From: an uncultured bacterium
GTDB lineage: Bacteria > Babelota > Babeliae > Babelales > Babelaceae
Reading direction: 5' to 3'
Assembly: GCA_963848965.1 (NCBI GenBank)
Contig: CAWKFG010000001.1
Coordinates: 224,001-288,000 of the forward strand
DNA length: 64,000 bases
Positions 10,093 to 18,482 of the stretch are shown one piece after another. Each line of letters starts with the position of its first letter. Position 1 is the first letter of the stretch. Both the position numbers and the translations under genes were made by a program. Under the pieces are notes generated by a model that saw only the letters and a list, made by a program, of their open reading frames with translations, ran no database searches and had not been told where the DNA came from.

Positions 10093-10797
10093 TTACGTGT
10101 TATGAACTTTTTGATGTATTGTTAATTGACCAGAAGTAATGAAGGTTTTACTGCACTCAGTACATACATATGGTTTTTCTCCTGTATGAGTACGTATGTG
10201 CCTTGTTAAAGTACTGGAATCAGCAAAAGTTTTATCGCATTCATTACATACATATGGCTTTATACCAGTATGAGTACGCATATGTATTGTTAATTGGTCA
10301 GACTGAGTAAAAGCTTTATGACATTCAGTACAAACATAGGGTCTTTCTTCGGTATGAGTACGTACGTGTTTTGTTAAGTCACTAGCAGTAGTAAAAGCTT
10401 TGTCGCATTCAGTACAGACATAAGGCTTTTCACCAGTATGACTACGCATATGTGATGTTAAACTATCAGTTCGAGCAAAAGCTTTATGACATTCATTACA
10501 AACATAGGGTCTTTCTCCAGTATGAGTGTATATATGCCTTGTTAACTTGCTAGAAGTAGCGAAAGTTTTACCACATTCAATACATATATGCTCTTTTTTT
10601 TGTCTCTTATGATTAACAGCAGAGTCAACATCATTTTGAGAAGCGTGAAGACGTTTTCTAGAGAGAATAGGTGTGTCATCAGATATGTCTTCTAGTGCTG
10701 TATCTGGTTGTTGAGTGTTATTAGTACCTCTATCTTCTTGCATAGAATAAATAAAATGAGAAAATAAGCAGAGTAAGAATAAAGAGAGCGTTTTCAT
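10093..10797 (-). CDS. Secreted Krueppel-type C2H2 zinc-finger protein, 6 fingers
   Basis: Signal peptide, RKR-x14-KRQKK, six 28-aa CxxC-x12-HxxxH units with TGEKP-type linkers. Confidence 0.95.
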   Translation of the reverse strand: MKTLSLFLLCLFSHFIYSMQEDRGTNNTQQPDTALEDISDDTPILSRKRLHASQNDVDSAVNHKRQKKEHICIECGKTFATSSKLTRHIYTHTGERPYVCNECHKAFARTDSLTSHMRSHTGEKPYVCTECDKAFTTASDLTKHVRTHTEERPYVCTECHKAFTQSDQLTIHMRTHTGIKPYVCNECDKTFADSSTLTRHIRTHTGEKPYVCTECSKTFITSGQLTIHQKVHNT

Positions 10798-10900
10798 TGG
10801 ATACCTAATGTTTTATTAGAAAACTTATTGTTTAGGTCTTTAAATATAATTATATAGCTTGAAAATAAAAGTGCAAGTAAGAGCACTCAAAGCTTCTTGC
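10798..10900 (-). repeat. Repeated ~103 bp intergenic promoter/RBS cassette of the ZF array, copy 1
   Basis: Near-identical to 11519-11621 and 16792-16894. Confidence 0.9.
10849..10876 (-). promoter_or_regulatory. sigma70-like promoter TTGCAC-N16-TATAAT
   Basis: Read on the minus strand; conserved or nearly so in the other cassette copies (e.g. 11570-11597). Confidence 0.65.
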
Positions 10901-11518
10901 TTAAGTATGAGTATGCATGTGCCTTGTTAACTTACTAGATTCAGCAAAAGCTTTATCACATTCGTTACATACATAAGGCTTTTCACCAGTATGAGTACGC
11001 ATATGTAATGTTAAACTATCAGCTCGAGTAAAAGCTTTATCACATTCAGTACAAACATAGGGTCTTTCTCCGGTATGAGTACGCATATGTTTTGTTAAAG
11101 TACTAGAATTGGTAAAAGCTTTATCACATTTAGTACATATATACGGCTTTTCTCCTGTATGTGTTAGTATATGTTGTGTTAAATTACCAGATTTAGTAAA
11201 AGCTTTATTACATTCACTACATACATACGGTCTTTCTCCGGTATGTGTTAGTATATGTACTGTTAAACTACTAGAATTGGTAAAAGCTTTATCACATTCA
11301 ATACATATATGCTCTTTTTTTTGTCTCTTATGAATAACTGCGGAGTCAACATCATTTTGAGAAGCGTAAGGGCGTTTTCTAGAGAGAATAGGCGCGTCAT
11401 CAGATATGTCTTCTGTTGCTGTATCTGGTTGTTGAGTGTTATTAGTACCTCTATCTTCTTGCATAGAATAAATAAAATGAGAAAATAAGCAGAGTAAGAA
11501 TAAAGAGAGCGTTTTCAT
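10901..11518 (-). CDS. Secreted Krueppel-type C2H2 zinc-finger protein, 5 fingers
   Basis: Leader nearly identical to the 10093 gene; five tandem fingers. Confidence 0.95.
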   Translation of the reverse strand: MKTLSLFLLCLFSHFIYSMQEDRGTNNTQQPDTATEDISDDAPILSRKRPYASQNDVDSAVIHKRQKKEHICIECDKAFTNSSSLTVHILTHTGERPYVCSECNKAFTKSGNLTQHILTHTGEKPYICTKCDKAFTNSSTLTKHMRTHTGERPYVCTECDKAFTRADSLTLHMRTHTGEKPYVCNECDKAFAESSKLTRHMHTHT

Positions 11519-11621
11519 TGGATACCTAATGTTTTATTAGAAAACTTATTGTTTAGGTCTTTAAATATAATTATATAACTTGAAAATAAAAGTGCAAGTA
11601 AGAGCATTCAAAGCTTCTTGC
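11519..11621 (-). repeat. ZF-array intergenic cassette, copy 2
   Basis: Near-identical to 10798-10900. Confidence 0.9.
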
Positions 11622-12827
11622 TTAAGTATGATTACGCATATGCTTTGTTAAATTACCAGCTTGTGCAAAAGCCTTATTACATTCAGCACAAGTGTAAGGC
11701 TTTTCACCGGTATGAGTACGAATGTGCTCTTTTAGTAGATAAGAACGAGTAAAAGCTTTATCACATTCATTACAAACATAGGGTCTTTCATCAGTATGAC
11801 TACGCATATGCTGTGTTAAATTACCAGGTTGTGTAAAGGCTTTATCACATTCAGTACATACATATGGTTTTTCTCCTGTATGACTATGCATATGTATTGT
11901 TAAATGGCCAGACTGAGTAAAAGCTTTGTCACATTCAGTACATACATAAGGCTTTATACCAGTATGAGTACGCATATGTATTGTTAAGGAGCTAGAGTCA
12001 GCAAAGGCTTTATTACATTCACTACAAACATAGGGCTTTTCATCAGTATGAGTACGCATATGCTGTGTTAAATTACCAGATTGTGTAAAGGCTTTATCAC
12101 ATTCACTACATACATATGGTTTTTCTCCTGTATGACTACGCATATGTTTTGTTAAAGTACTGGAATCGGCAAAGAATTTATTGCACTCAGTACATACGTA
12201 TGGTTTGTCACCTGTATGCATACGCATATGTAGTGTTAACTTGCTAGACTCAGCGAAAGCTTTATCACATTCGTTACAAACATAAGGCTTTTCACCAGTA
12301 TGAGTACGCATATGCTGTGTTAAATTACCAGGTTGTGTAAAGGCTTTATCACATTCAGTACATACATATGGTTTTTCTCCTGTATGACTACGCATATGTT
12401 TTGTTAAAGTACTGGAATCGGCAAAGGATTTATTGCACTCAGTACATACATATGGTTTTTCACCAGTATGAGTACGCATGTGTAGTGTTAAATTACCAGC
12501 TTGTGCAAAAGCCTTATTACATTCAGCACAAGTGTAAGGCTTTTCACCGGTATGAGTACGAATGTGCAGTTTTAGTAGATAAGAACGAGTAAAAGCTTTA
12601 CCACATTCAATACATATGTGCTCTTTTTTTTGTCTCTTATCATTAACTGCGGAGTCAATATCATTTTGAAAGTTAGAAGGGCGTTTTCTAGAGAGAATAG
12701 GTGCGTCATCAGATAGATCTTCTAGTGCTGTATCTGGTTGTTGAGTTTCATTTGTGCTAATAGCTTCTTGCATAGAGTAAGTAAAAGGAAAGAATAAGCA
12801 AAGTAAAAATAAAGAGAATGTTTTCAT
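11622..12827 (-). CDS. Secreted Krueppel-type C2H2 zinc-finger protein, 12 fingers
   Basis: ATG at 12827 (ORF track starts at the preceding TTG); signal peptide, RKR..KRQKK, twelve fingers. Confidence 0.95.
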   Translation of the reverse strand: MKTFSLFLLCLFFPFTYSMQEAISTNETQQPDTALEDLSDDAPILSRKRPSNFQNDIDSAVNDKRQKKEHICIECGKAFTRSYLLKLHIRTHTGEKPYTCAECNKAFAQAGNLTLHMRTHTGEKPYVCTECNKSFADSSTLTKHMRSHTGEKPYVCTECDKAFTQPGNLTQHMRTHTGEKPYVCNECDKAFAESSKLTLHMRMHTGDKPYVCTECNKFFADSSTLTKHMRSHTGEKPYVCSECDKAFTQSGNLTQHMRTHTDEKPYVCSECNKAFADSSSLTIHMRTHTGIKPYVCTECDKAFTQSGHLTIHMHSHTGEKPYVCTECDKAFTQPGNLTQHMRSHTDERPYVCNECDKAFTRSYLLKEHIRTHTGEKPYTCAECNKAFAQAGNLTKHMRNHT

Positions 12828-12830
12828 CAA

Positions 12831-12930
12831 AGACCTACCATCTTATTGGGAAATTTTTTGAGCAAATATTTAAATATAATTATATAAATTGAAAATAAAA
12901 TTGCAAGTAAGAGCATCCAAGACTTCTTGC
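12831..12930 (-). repeat. ZF-array intergenic cassette, variant copy
   Basis: Shares the AAATATAATTATA..GAAAATAAAA..TGCAAGTAAGAGCA..CTTCTTGC core (plus strand); closest to 15822-15921. Confidence 0.85.
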
Positions 12931-13734
12931 TTAAGTATGAGTACGCATATGCCTTGTTAAATTACTAGAAGTTGTGAAAGCGTTATCACACTCGGTGCAC
13001 TTATAGGGCCTTTCTCGTGTGTGACTATACATATGTGCTATTAAGTGGCTAGAAGTAGTAAAAGCTCTATTGCATTCATTACATACATACGGCTTTTCTC
13101 CTGTATGTGTTAGTATATGCTTTGCTAAGTTACTAGACTCTGCAAAAGTTTTACCACACTCGTTACATACATACGGCTTCTCACCCGTATGAGTACGCAT
13201 ATGTATTGTTAATTTACCAGATTGTGCAAAAGCTTTATCGCATTCATTACATTTATAAGGTTTTTCTCTTGTATGCGTACGTATATGCTTTGTTAAATCG
13301 CCAGATTCAGCAAAAGCTTTGTTACATTCAGTACATATATATGGCTTTTCGCCTGTATGACCGCGCATATGTAATGTTAAAGAACTAGACTGAGTAAAAG
13401 CTTTATTGCATTCAGGACATATATAGGGCTTTTCTCCTGTATGAGTACGCATATGTACTGTTAAATTTCTAGAGGTTGTAAAAGCTTTATCACATTCATT
13501 ACACTTAAAGGGCCTTTCCCCTGTATGCGTACGCATATGTATCGCCAACTTACTAGGAACACTAAAAGCCTTATTACATTCAACACATATATGTCGTAGC
13601 TTACTTCTTTTATGTCCTCTTTCTTCTTGAGACTCTATCTCACTCTCTTCTCTTTCTCTTTTTGTAGTCTCTCTTTCCATTGCATTGAGCAGACTTACTA
13701 TGAAAAAAAGAGTAAATATCACTATTTTTCTCAT
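12931..13734 (-). CDS. Secreted Krueppel-type C2H2 zinc-finger protein, 8 fingers, distinct leader
   Basis: Signal peptide ending LNA-ME; KR..HKRSK basic clusters; eight fingers. Confidence 0.95.
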   Translation of the reverse strand: MRKIVIFTLFFIVSLLNAMERETTKREREESEIESQEERGHKRSKLRHICVECNKAFSVPSKLAIHMRTHTGERPFKCNECDKAFTTSRNLTVHMRTHTGEKPYICPECNKAFTQSSSLTLHMRGHTGEKPYICTECNKAFAESGDLTKHIRTHTREKPYKCNECDKAFAQSGKLTIHMRTHTGEKPYVCNECGKTFAESSNLAKHILTHTGEKPYVCNECNRAFTTSSHLIAHMYSHTRERPYKCTECDNAFTTSSNLTRHMRTHT

Positions 13735-13825
13735 ATATTATTCCTTATTATAATATGTAAGGTATCATTAGACTTATGGCAGCATTCCTCACATAGAGCT
13801 TTATACAAAGGTAAGCCTAGAATTA

Positions 13826-14542
13826 TTATTTTGAAAACACGAAATCGAGACTTCCAGAATGGGCCTTGAGCGTAAATGAATTAACTACCCATTGCTTTTT
13901 TGCATCAGCAGAAACTATTTGAAGTTGCTTGCTAAGACGGTGTTTAAGGATATGAACCATATTTTGCGGGTCTCTATCTTTATCTTCATAAAGCTTGCCA
14001 ATAGTAAGATGCATATCAAAATAAGGAAACTGGCCTAAGCTGTCCTGTATCGATTGCGCCACATGAGTAAGCGCAGGTGAAGAAGGAAATCGTAGTACAA
14101 TATAATAAAAATTCTTTTTAGGTATCCCCTTGTAGACATTGCCTTTGTCTCTATCTCCTTTAAAGCAAGTAAATTCTACTGCTTTAAGGTTTTCCGTAAG
14201 ATCAATAGCCCTTGTTTCTTTAGCAATCTTTTCAAGAGCTGGAATATTATATTTCTGCTTTTCCAATAACTGCTTAAGTGTTAACTGAGCATCTGTAATA
14301 TACGCAAGCGATATGTGTGAAGCATACTGGGGAGCATCAAATAGATATTTTATATGCCCTGGTTTGGTCTTTTGTGCTTCATTTTCATGATCAATAATCT
14401 CTTTGACTTGCTCTTGGACTACATGCACAAATTCTTGTACCACCGTAGGTGGCTCAATTAATACGATGACTCCACCAAAAAGATTACTCATGGTTATACA
14501 GAAAATAAGCATTAAAATTAACTTACAATGTGAGCTATACAT
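13826..14542 (-). CDS. Putative secreted 2H phosphoesterase-family protein
   Basis: Two Hx(S/T) motifs (SHISLAY and MHLTIGK) about 100 aa apart; likely ATG at 14542 gives a hydrophobic signal-like N-terminus. Confidence 0.7.
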   Translation of the reverse strand: MYSSHCKLILMLIFCITMSNLFGGVIVLIEPPTVVQEFVHVVQEQVKEIIDHENEAQKTKPGHIKYLFDAPQYASHISLAYITDAQLTLKQLLEKQKYNIPALEKIAKETRAIDLTENLKAVEFTCFKGDRDKGNVYKGIPKKNFYYIVLRFPSSPALTHVAQSIQDSLGQFPYFDMHLTIGKLYEDKDRDPQNMVHILKHRLSKQLQIVSADAKKQWVVNSFTLKAHSGSLDFVFSK

Positions 14543-14664
14543 GGTATATCCTAGATAAATGATTCTATTTAATATATTCTCTATATTACATTTTAATGAT
14601 AATTTGTCAATAATATTAATGGTTAAAGGTATGCTGACGCAAAGCAAATAAAGTAGTGCCCTAC

Positions 14665-14757
14665 TTACTGTTGAGTCTCATTGGAGATAGTAGTTTCTTG
14701 CATAGAATAAGTACAAGGAACGAATATGAAAAGTAAAAGAAGATAGAATATTTGCAT
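14665..14757 (-). pseudogene. Truncated ZF-family gene (leader only, 30 aa)
   Basis: MQIFYLLLLFIFVPCTYSMQETTISNETQQ* is homologous to the ZF leaders; a degenerate promoter cassette lies upstream at ~14758-14830. Confidence 0.8.
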
Positions 14758-14862
14758 AGTGCTTAGTCTCTTATTAGAAAGGTTATTGTATAAATGCTTA
14801 AATATAATTATATAATTTGAAAATAAAAAGTAAATGGTTGTCAGAGATAGTACTTTACAGTT

Positions 14863-15032
14863 TTACTTCTTATGAGTGAGCATATGATTTTTAAATTACC
14901 AGATTGAGTAAAAGATCTATCGTACTCAGTGCATACAAAATGCTTTTCTCTAGTATGGGTTCGCATGTGCTATTTCAGTTTATCAGAACGAGCAAAAGCT
15001 TTGTTATATTCAGTACAGACGTAAGGTTGCTC
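14863..15032 (-). pseudogene. Two decayed zinc fingers beyond the stop of the 15033 gene
   Basis: In-frame continuation reads EQPYVCTEYNKAFARSDKLK*HMRTHTREKHFVCTEYDRSFTQSGNLK, then a frameshift before HMLTH. Confidence 0.85.
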
Positions 15033-15818
15033 TCATGTATGAGTATGCATGTGCCTTGTTAAATTACCAGATTGTGCAAAGGCTTTATTGCATTCACTAC
15101 AAACATAAGGTTTTTCACCACTATGGGTACGTATGTGTTGTGTTAAAGTACTGGAATCGGCAAAGAATTTATTGCACTCAGTACATACGTATGGTTTTTC
15201 ACCAGTATGAGTACGTACGTGTTTTGTTAATTTACCAGCAGTGGTAAAAGCTTTGTCGCATTCAGTACATACATAAGGCTTTATACCAGTATGAGTACGC
15301 ATATGTTTTGTTAATTGGCCAGACTCGGCAAAAGCTTTGTTGCATTCAGTACATGCATAAGTCTTTTCACCGGTATGACTACGCATATGTGATGTTAAAC
15401 TATCAGTTCGAGCAAAAGCTTTATCACATTCAGTACATACATAAGGCTTTATACCAGTATGAGTATGTACGTGTTTTGTTAAGTCACCAGCACTAGTAAA
15501 AGCTTTGTTGCATTCAGTACATACATAAGGCTTTTCACCGGTATGACTACGCATATGTCGTGTTAAACTATCAGAACGGGTAAAAAGTTTATCACATTCA
15601 GTGCAGGCATATTCTTTTTTCTGTTTCTTTTGATTAACCGGAGATTCGATATCATTGTGAGCAGAATAAAGCCGTTTTTTAGGTAATATGGGTATCTCAT
15701 CAGATAGGTCTTCTGTAATAGACTTATCTTGTTGAGCCTCATTGGCGCTAATAGCTTCTTGCATAGAGTAAGCAAAAGGAAAGAATAAGCAAAGTAAAAA
15801 TAAAGAAAACGTTTTCAT
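15033..15818 (-). CDS. Secreted Krueppel-type C2H2 zinc-finger protein, 7 fingers
   Basis: ATG at 15818; signal peptide, KKR..KKQKK, seven fingers; ends at a TGA where the linker Gly codon is expected. Confidence 0.95.
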   Translation of the reverse strand: MKTFSLFLLCLFFPFAYSMQEAISANEAQQDKSITEDLSDEIPILPKKRLYSAHNDIESPVNQKKQKKEYACTECDKLFTRSDSLTRHMRSHTGEKPYVCTECNKAFTSAGDLTKHVHTHTGIKPYVCTECDKAFARTDSLTSHMRSHTGEKTYACTECNKAFAESGQLTKHMRTHTGIKPYVCTECDKAFTTAGKLTKHVRTHTGEKPYVCTECNKFFADSSTLTQHIRTHSGEKPYVCSECNKAFAQSGNLTRHMHTHT

Positions 15819-15821
15819 CAA

Positions 15822-15921
15822 AGACCTATCATCTTATTAGGAAATTTTTTGAGTAAATATTTAAATATAATTATATGGCATGAAAATAAAAGTGCAAGTA
15901 AGAGCATTCAAAGCTTCTTGC
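15822..15921 (-). repeat. ZF-array intergenic cassette, variant copy
   Basis: Similar to 12831-12930 and 10798-10900. Confidence 0.85.
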
Positions 15922-16791
15922 TTAAGTATGAGTACGCATGTGCTTTGTTAAACCACTGGAATCGGCAAAAGCTTTACCGCATTCACTACATATATAAGGT
16001 TTTTCACCAGTATGAGTACGCATATGTACTGTTAATTTACTAGAGGTGCTAAAAGCTTTATCACATTCAGTACAGACATAAGGCTTTTCACCAGTATGAG
16101 TGCGCATATGTATTGTTAATTGGTCAGACTGAGTAAAAGCTTTATGACATTCATTACAAACATAGGGTCTTTCTTCGGTATGAGTACGTACGTGTTTTGT
16201 TAAGTCACTAGCAGTAGTAAAAGCTTTGTCGCATTCAGTACATGTATAAGGCTTTTCACCAGTATGAGTACGCATATGTACTGTTAATTTACTAGAGGTG
16301 GTAAAAGCTTTATGACATTCAGTACAAACATAGGGTCTTTCTCCGGTATGGGTACGTACGTGTTGTGTTAATTCGCCAGCAGTAGTAAAAGCTTTGTCGC
16401 ATTCAGTACAGACATAAGGCTTTTCACCAGTATGACTACGCATATGTTTTGTTAAACTATCAGTTCGAGTAAAAGCTTTACTACATTCGTTACATACATA
16501 AGGCTTTTCACCAGTATGAGTGTATATATGCCTTGTTAACTTGCTAGAAGTAGCGAAAGTTTTACCACATTCAATACATATATGCTCTTTTTTTTGTCTC
16601 TTATGATTAACAGCAGAGTCAACATCATTTTGAGAAGCGTGAAGACGTTTTCTAGAGAGAATAGGTGTGTCATCAGATATGTCTTCTAGTGCTGTATCTG
16701 GTTGTTGAGTGTTATTAGTACCTTTATCTTCTTGCATAGAATAAATAAAATGAGAAAATAAGCAAAGTAAGAATAAAGAGAGCGTTTTCAT
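15922..16791 (-). CDS. Secreted Krueppel-type C2H2 zinc-finger protein, 8 fingers
   Basis: Leader and first finger almost identical to the 10093 gene; eight fingers. Confidence 0.95.
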   Translation of the reverse strand: MKTLSLFLLCLFSHFIYSMQEDKGTNNTQQPDTALEDISDDTPILSRKRLHASQNDVDSAVNHKRQKKEHICIECGKTFATSSKLTRHIYTHTGEKPYVCNECSKAFTRTDSLTKHMRSHTGEKPYVCTECDKAFTTAGELTQHVRTHTGERPYVCTECHKAFTTSSKLTVHMRTHTGEKPYTCTECDKAFTTASDLTKHVRTHTEERPYVCNECHKAFTQSDQLTIHMRTHTGEKPYVCTECDKAFSTSSKLTVHMRTHTGEKPYICSECGKAFADSSGLTKHMRTHT

Positions 16792-16894
16792 TGGATACCT
16801 AATGTTTTATTAGAAAACTTATTGTTTAGGTCTTTAAATATAATTATATAGCTTGAAAATAAAAGTGCAAGTAAGAGCATTCAAAGCTTCTTGC
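16792..16894 (-). repeat. ZF-array intergenic cassette, copy 3
   Basis: Near-identical to 10798-10900. Confidence 0.9.
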
Positions 16895-17848
16895 TTAAGT
16901 ATGAGTACGCATATGCCGTGTTAATTTGCTAGACTCAGCAAAAGCTTTATAACATTCATTACATATATATGGTTTTTCGCCTGTATGACTATGCATATGT
17001 TTTGTTAAAGTACTTGAATCGGCAAAGAATTTATTGCATTCATTACAAACATAAGGTTTTTCACCAGTATGAGTACGCATATGTACTGTTAATTTACTAG
17101 AGGTGGTAAAAGCTTTGCTACATTCATTACAGACGTATGGCTTTTCATCAGTATGAGTACGAATATGTACTATTAATTTACTAGAGGTGGTAAAAGCTTT
17201 ATCACATTCAGTACATGCATAAGGCTTTTCACCAGTATGAGTACGCATGTGTAGTGTTAAATTACCAGCTTGTGCAAAAGCCTTATTACATTCAGCACAA
17301 GTATAAGGCTTTTCACCGGTATGAGTACGCATATGTAATGTTAAAGAACTAGACTGAGTAAAAGCTTTATTGCATTCAGTACATATATAAGGCTTTTCAC
17401 CAGTATGACTACGCATATGTAATGTTAAACTGTCAGCTCGAGCAAAAGCTTTATCACATTCAGTACAAACATAAAACTTTTCACCAGTATGAATACTTAT
17501 ATGTTTTGTTAATTGGCTAGACTGAGTAAAAGCTTTATCACATTCGTTACATACATAAGGTTTTTCACCAGTATGAGTGTATATATGCCTTGTTAACCTG
17601 CTAGAGGTAGCGAAAGCTTTACCACATTCAATACATATGTGCTCTTTTTTCTGTTTCTTTTGATTAACCGGGGATTCGATATCATTGTGAGTAGAATAAA
17701 GCCGTTTTTTAGGTACTATGGGTATCTCATCAGATAGGTCTTCTGTAATAGACTTATCTTGTTGAGCCTCATTTGTGCTAGTAGCTTCTTGCATAGTATA
17801 AGCTAAAGGAAAAAATATGCAAAGTAAGAAAAGAAAGAACATTTTCAT
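16895..17848 (-). CDS. Secreted Krueppel-type C2H2 zinc-finger protein, 9 fingers
   Basis: Start chosen at ATG 17848 (MKMFF) by alignment to paralogues; signal peptide, KKR..KKQKK, nine fingers. Confidence 0.95.
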   Translation of the reverse strand: MKMFFLFLLCIFFPLAYTMQEATSTNEAQQDKSITEDLSDEIPIVPKKRLYSTHNDIESPVNQKKQKKEHICIECGKAFATSSRLTRHIYTHTGEKPYVCNECDKAFTQSSQLTKHISIHTGEKFYVCTECDKAFARADSLTLHMRSHTGEKPYICTECNKAFTQSSSLTLHMRTHTGEKPYTCAECNKAFAQAGNLTLHMRTHTGEKPYACTECDKAFTTSSKLIVHIRTHTDEKPYVCNECSKAFTTSSKLTVHMRTHTGEKPYVCNECNKFFADSSTLTKHMHSHTGEKPYICNECYKAFAESSKLTRHMRTHT

Positions 17849-18059
17849 AGTGCCCATTATCATATTAGAAAATTTATTGTGCAAATGCCTGTCTATAATT
17901 ATATAATTTAAAAATAAAAATGCAAATGCGTGGTTTCAAGATGTGTATACTATAAGCAATCAGGTGTAGAAAAAAAGAAAGAATACTTATTCTTGCTATT
18001 TGTTAAAAGATCTTGGGATACTACCTATGTAAAGAGTTCTATTAAAGGGAGAGCTAGCA

Positions 18060-18482
18060 ATGAGGCATGGACTGCGAGAAGAGATTTTAGAAGCTTGTAA
18101 TAAGTGTATTGTAAGTTGTGAAGAATGTGTAAAATTAGCGCGCCGTTGCTTGGGTACTTGTGAATCATCAGAAGCATCTGCTTGTAAAGAGATGGTTCAA
18201 AAGTATATTGAACATTGTAAAAAATGCATTGAAGCATGTAGAGCGTGTATAGATATATGTAATGAAGGTATTAAGCTTGCTGAAAATGATGAAGAAGCCC
18301 ACTTTTTACAAAAATGTGTAGAAGCTTGTGGTGACTGTATTACTGCATGCCAAACAAGCATTGATAATTGTTCTGTACAAGTAAACTGCATACAGGCTAC
18401 AAAAGAATGTATAGAGCTCTGTAACGAATGTATATCTGCTTGTGATGAATGCATTGAGCATTTAGGCATTAGAGGATTGTAA
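18060..18482 (+). CDS. Cys-rich four-helix-bundle metal-binding protein (Csp3/DUF326-like)
   Basis: 23 Cys in 140 aa in repeated CxxCxxxCxxC helical motifs; no signal peptide; GGGAG RBS. Confidence 0.8.
   Translation: MRHGLREEILEACNKCIVSCEECVKLARRCLGTCESSEASACKEMVQKYIEHCKKCIEACRACIDICNEGIKLAENDEEAHFLQKCVEACGDCITACQTSIDNCSVQVNCIQATKECIELCNECISACDECIEHLGIRGL

Noticed and set aside
15033..15035. TGA recoded as Gly or Trp (alternative genetic code)
   Set aside because: The downstream fingers contain further lesions, and other genes such as lnt, tadA, recJ and cmk end normally at TGA.
11109..16043. Short plus-strand ORFs over the ZF genes (11109, 12368, 13206, 13612, 15035, 15308, 15849)
   Set aside because: Antisense shadows of repetitive coding sequence with no independent features.
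10093..17650. 84 bp periodic repeats as a CRISPR array
   Set aside because: The units are in-frame coding zinc fingers without unique spacers, and no cas genes are in the window.
9033..17884. ZF array as eukaryotic contamination or a synthetic insert
   Set aside because: No introns; bacterial promoters and RBSs; signal peptides of the same style as other genes in the window; natural pseudogene decay; contiguity with tilS-gyrB. Long-read confirmation is still advisable.
9033..17884. Diversity-generating retroelement or site-specific shufflon driving finger variation
   Set aside because: No reverse transcriptase or recombinase in the window, all units are in direct orientation, and differences are not obviously adenine-restricted.
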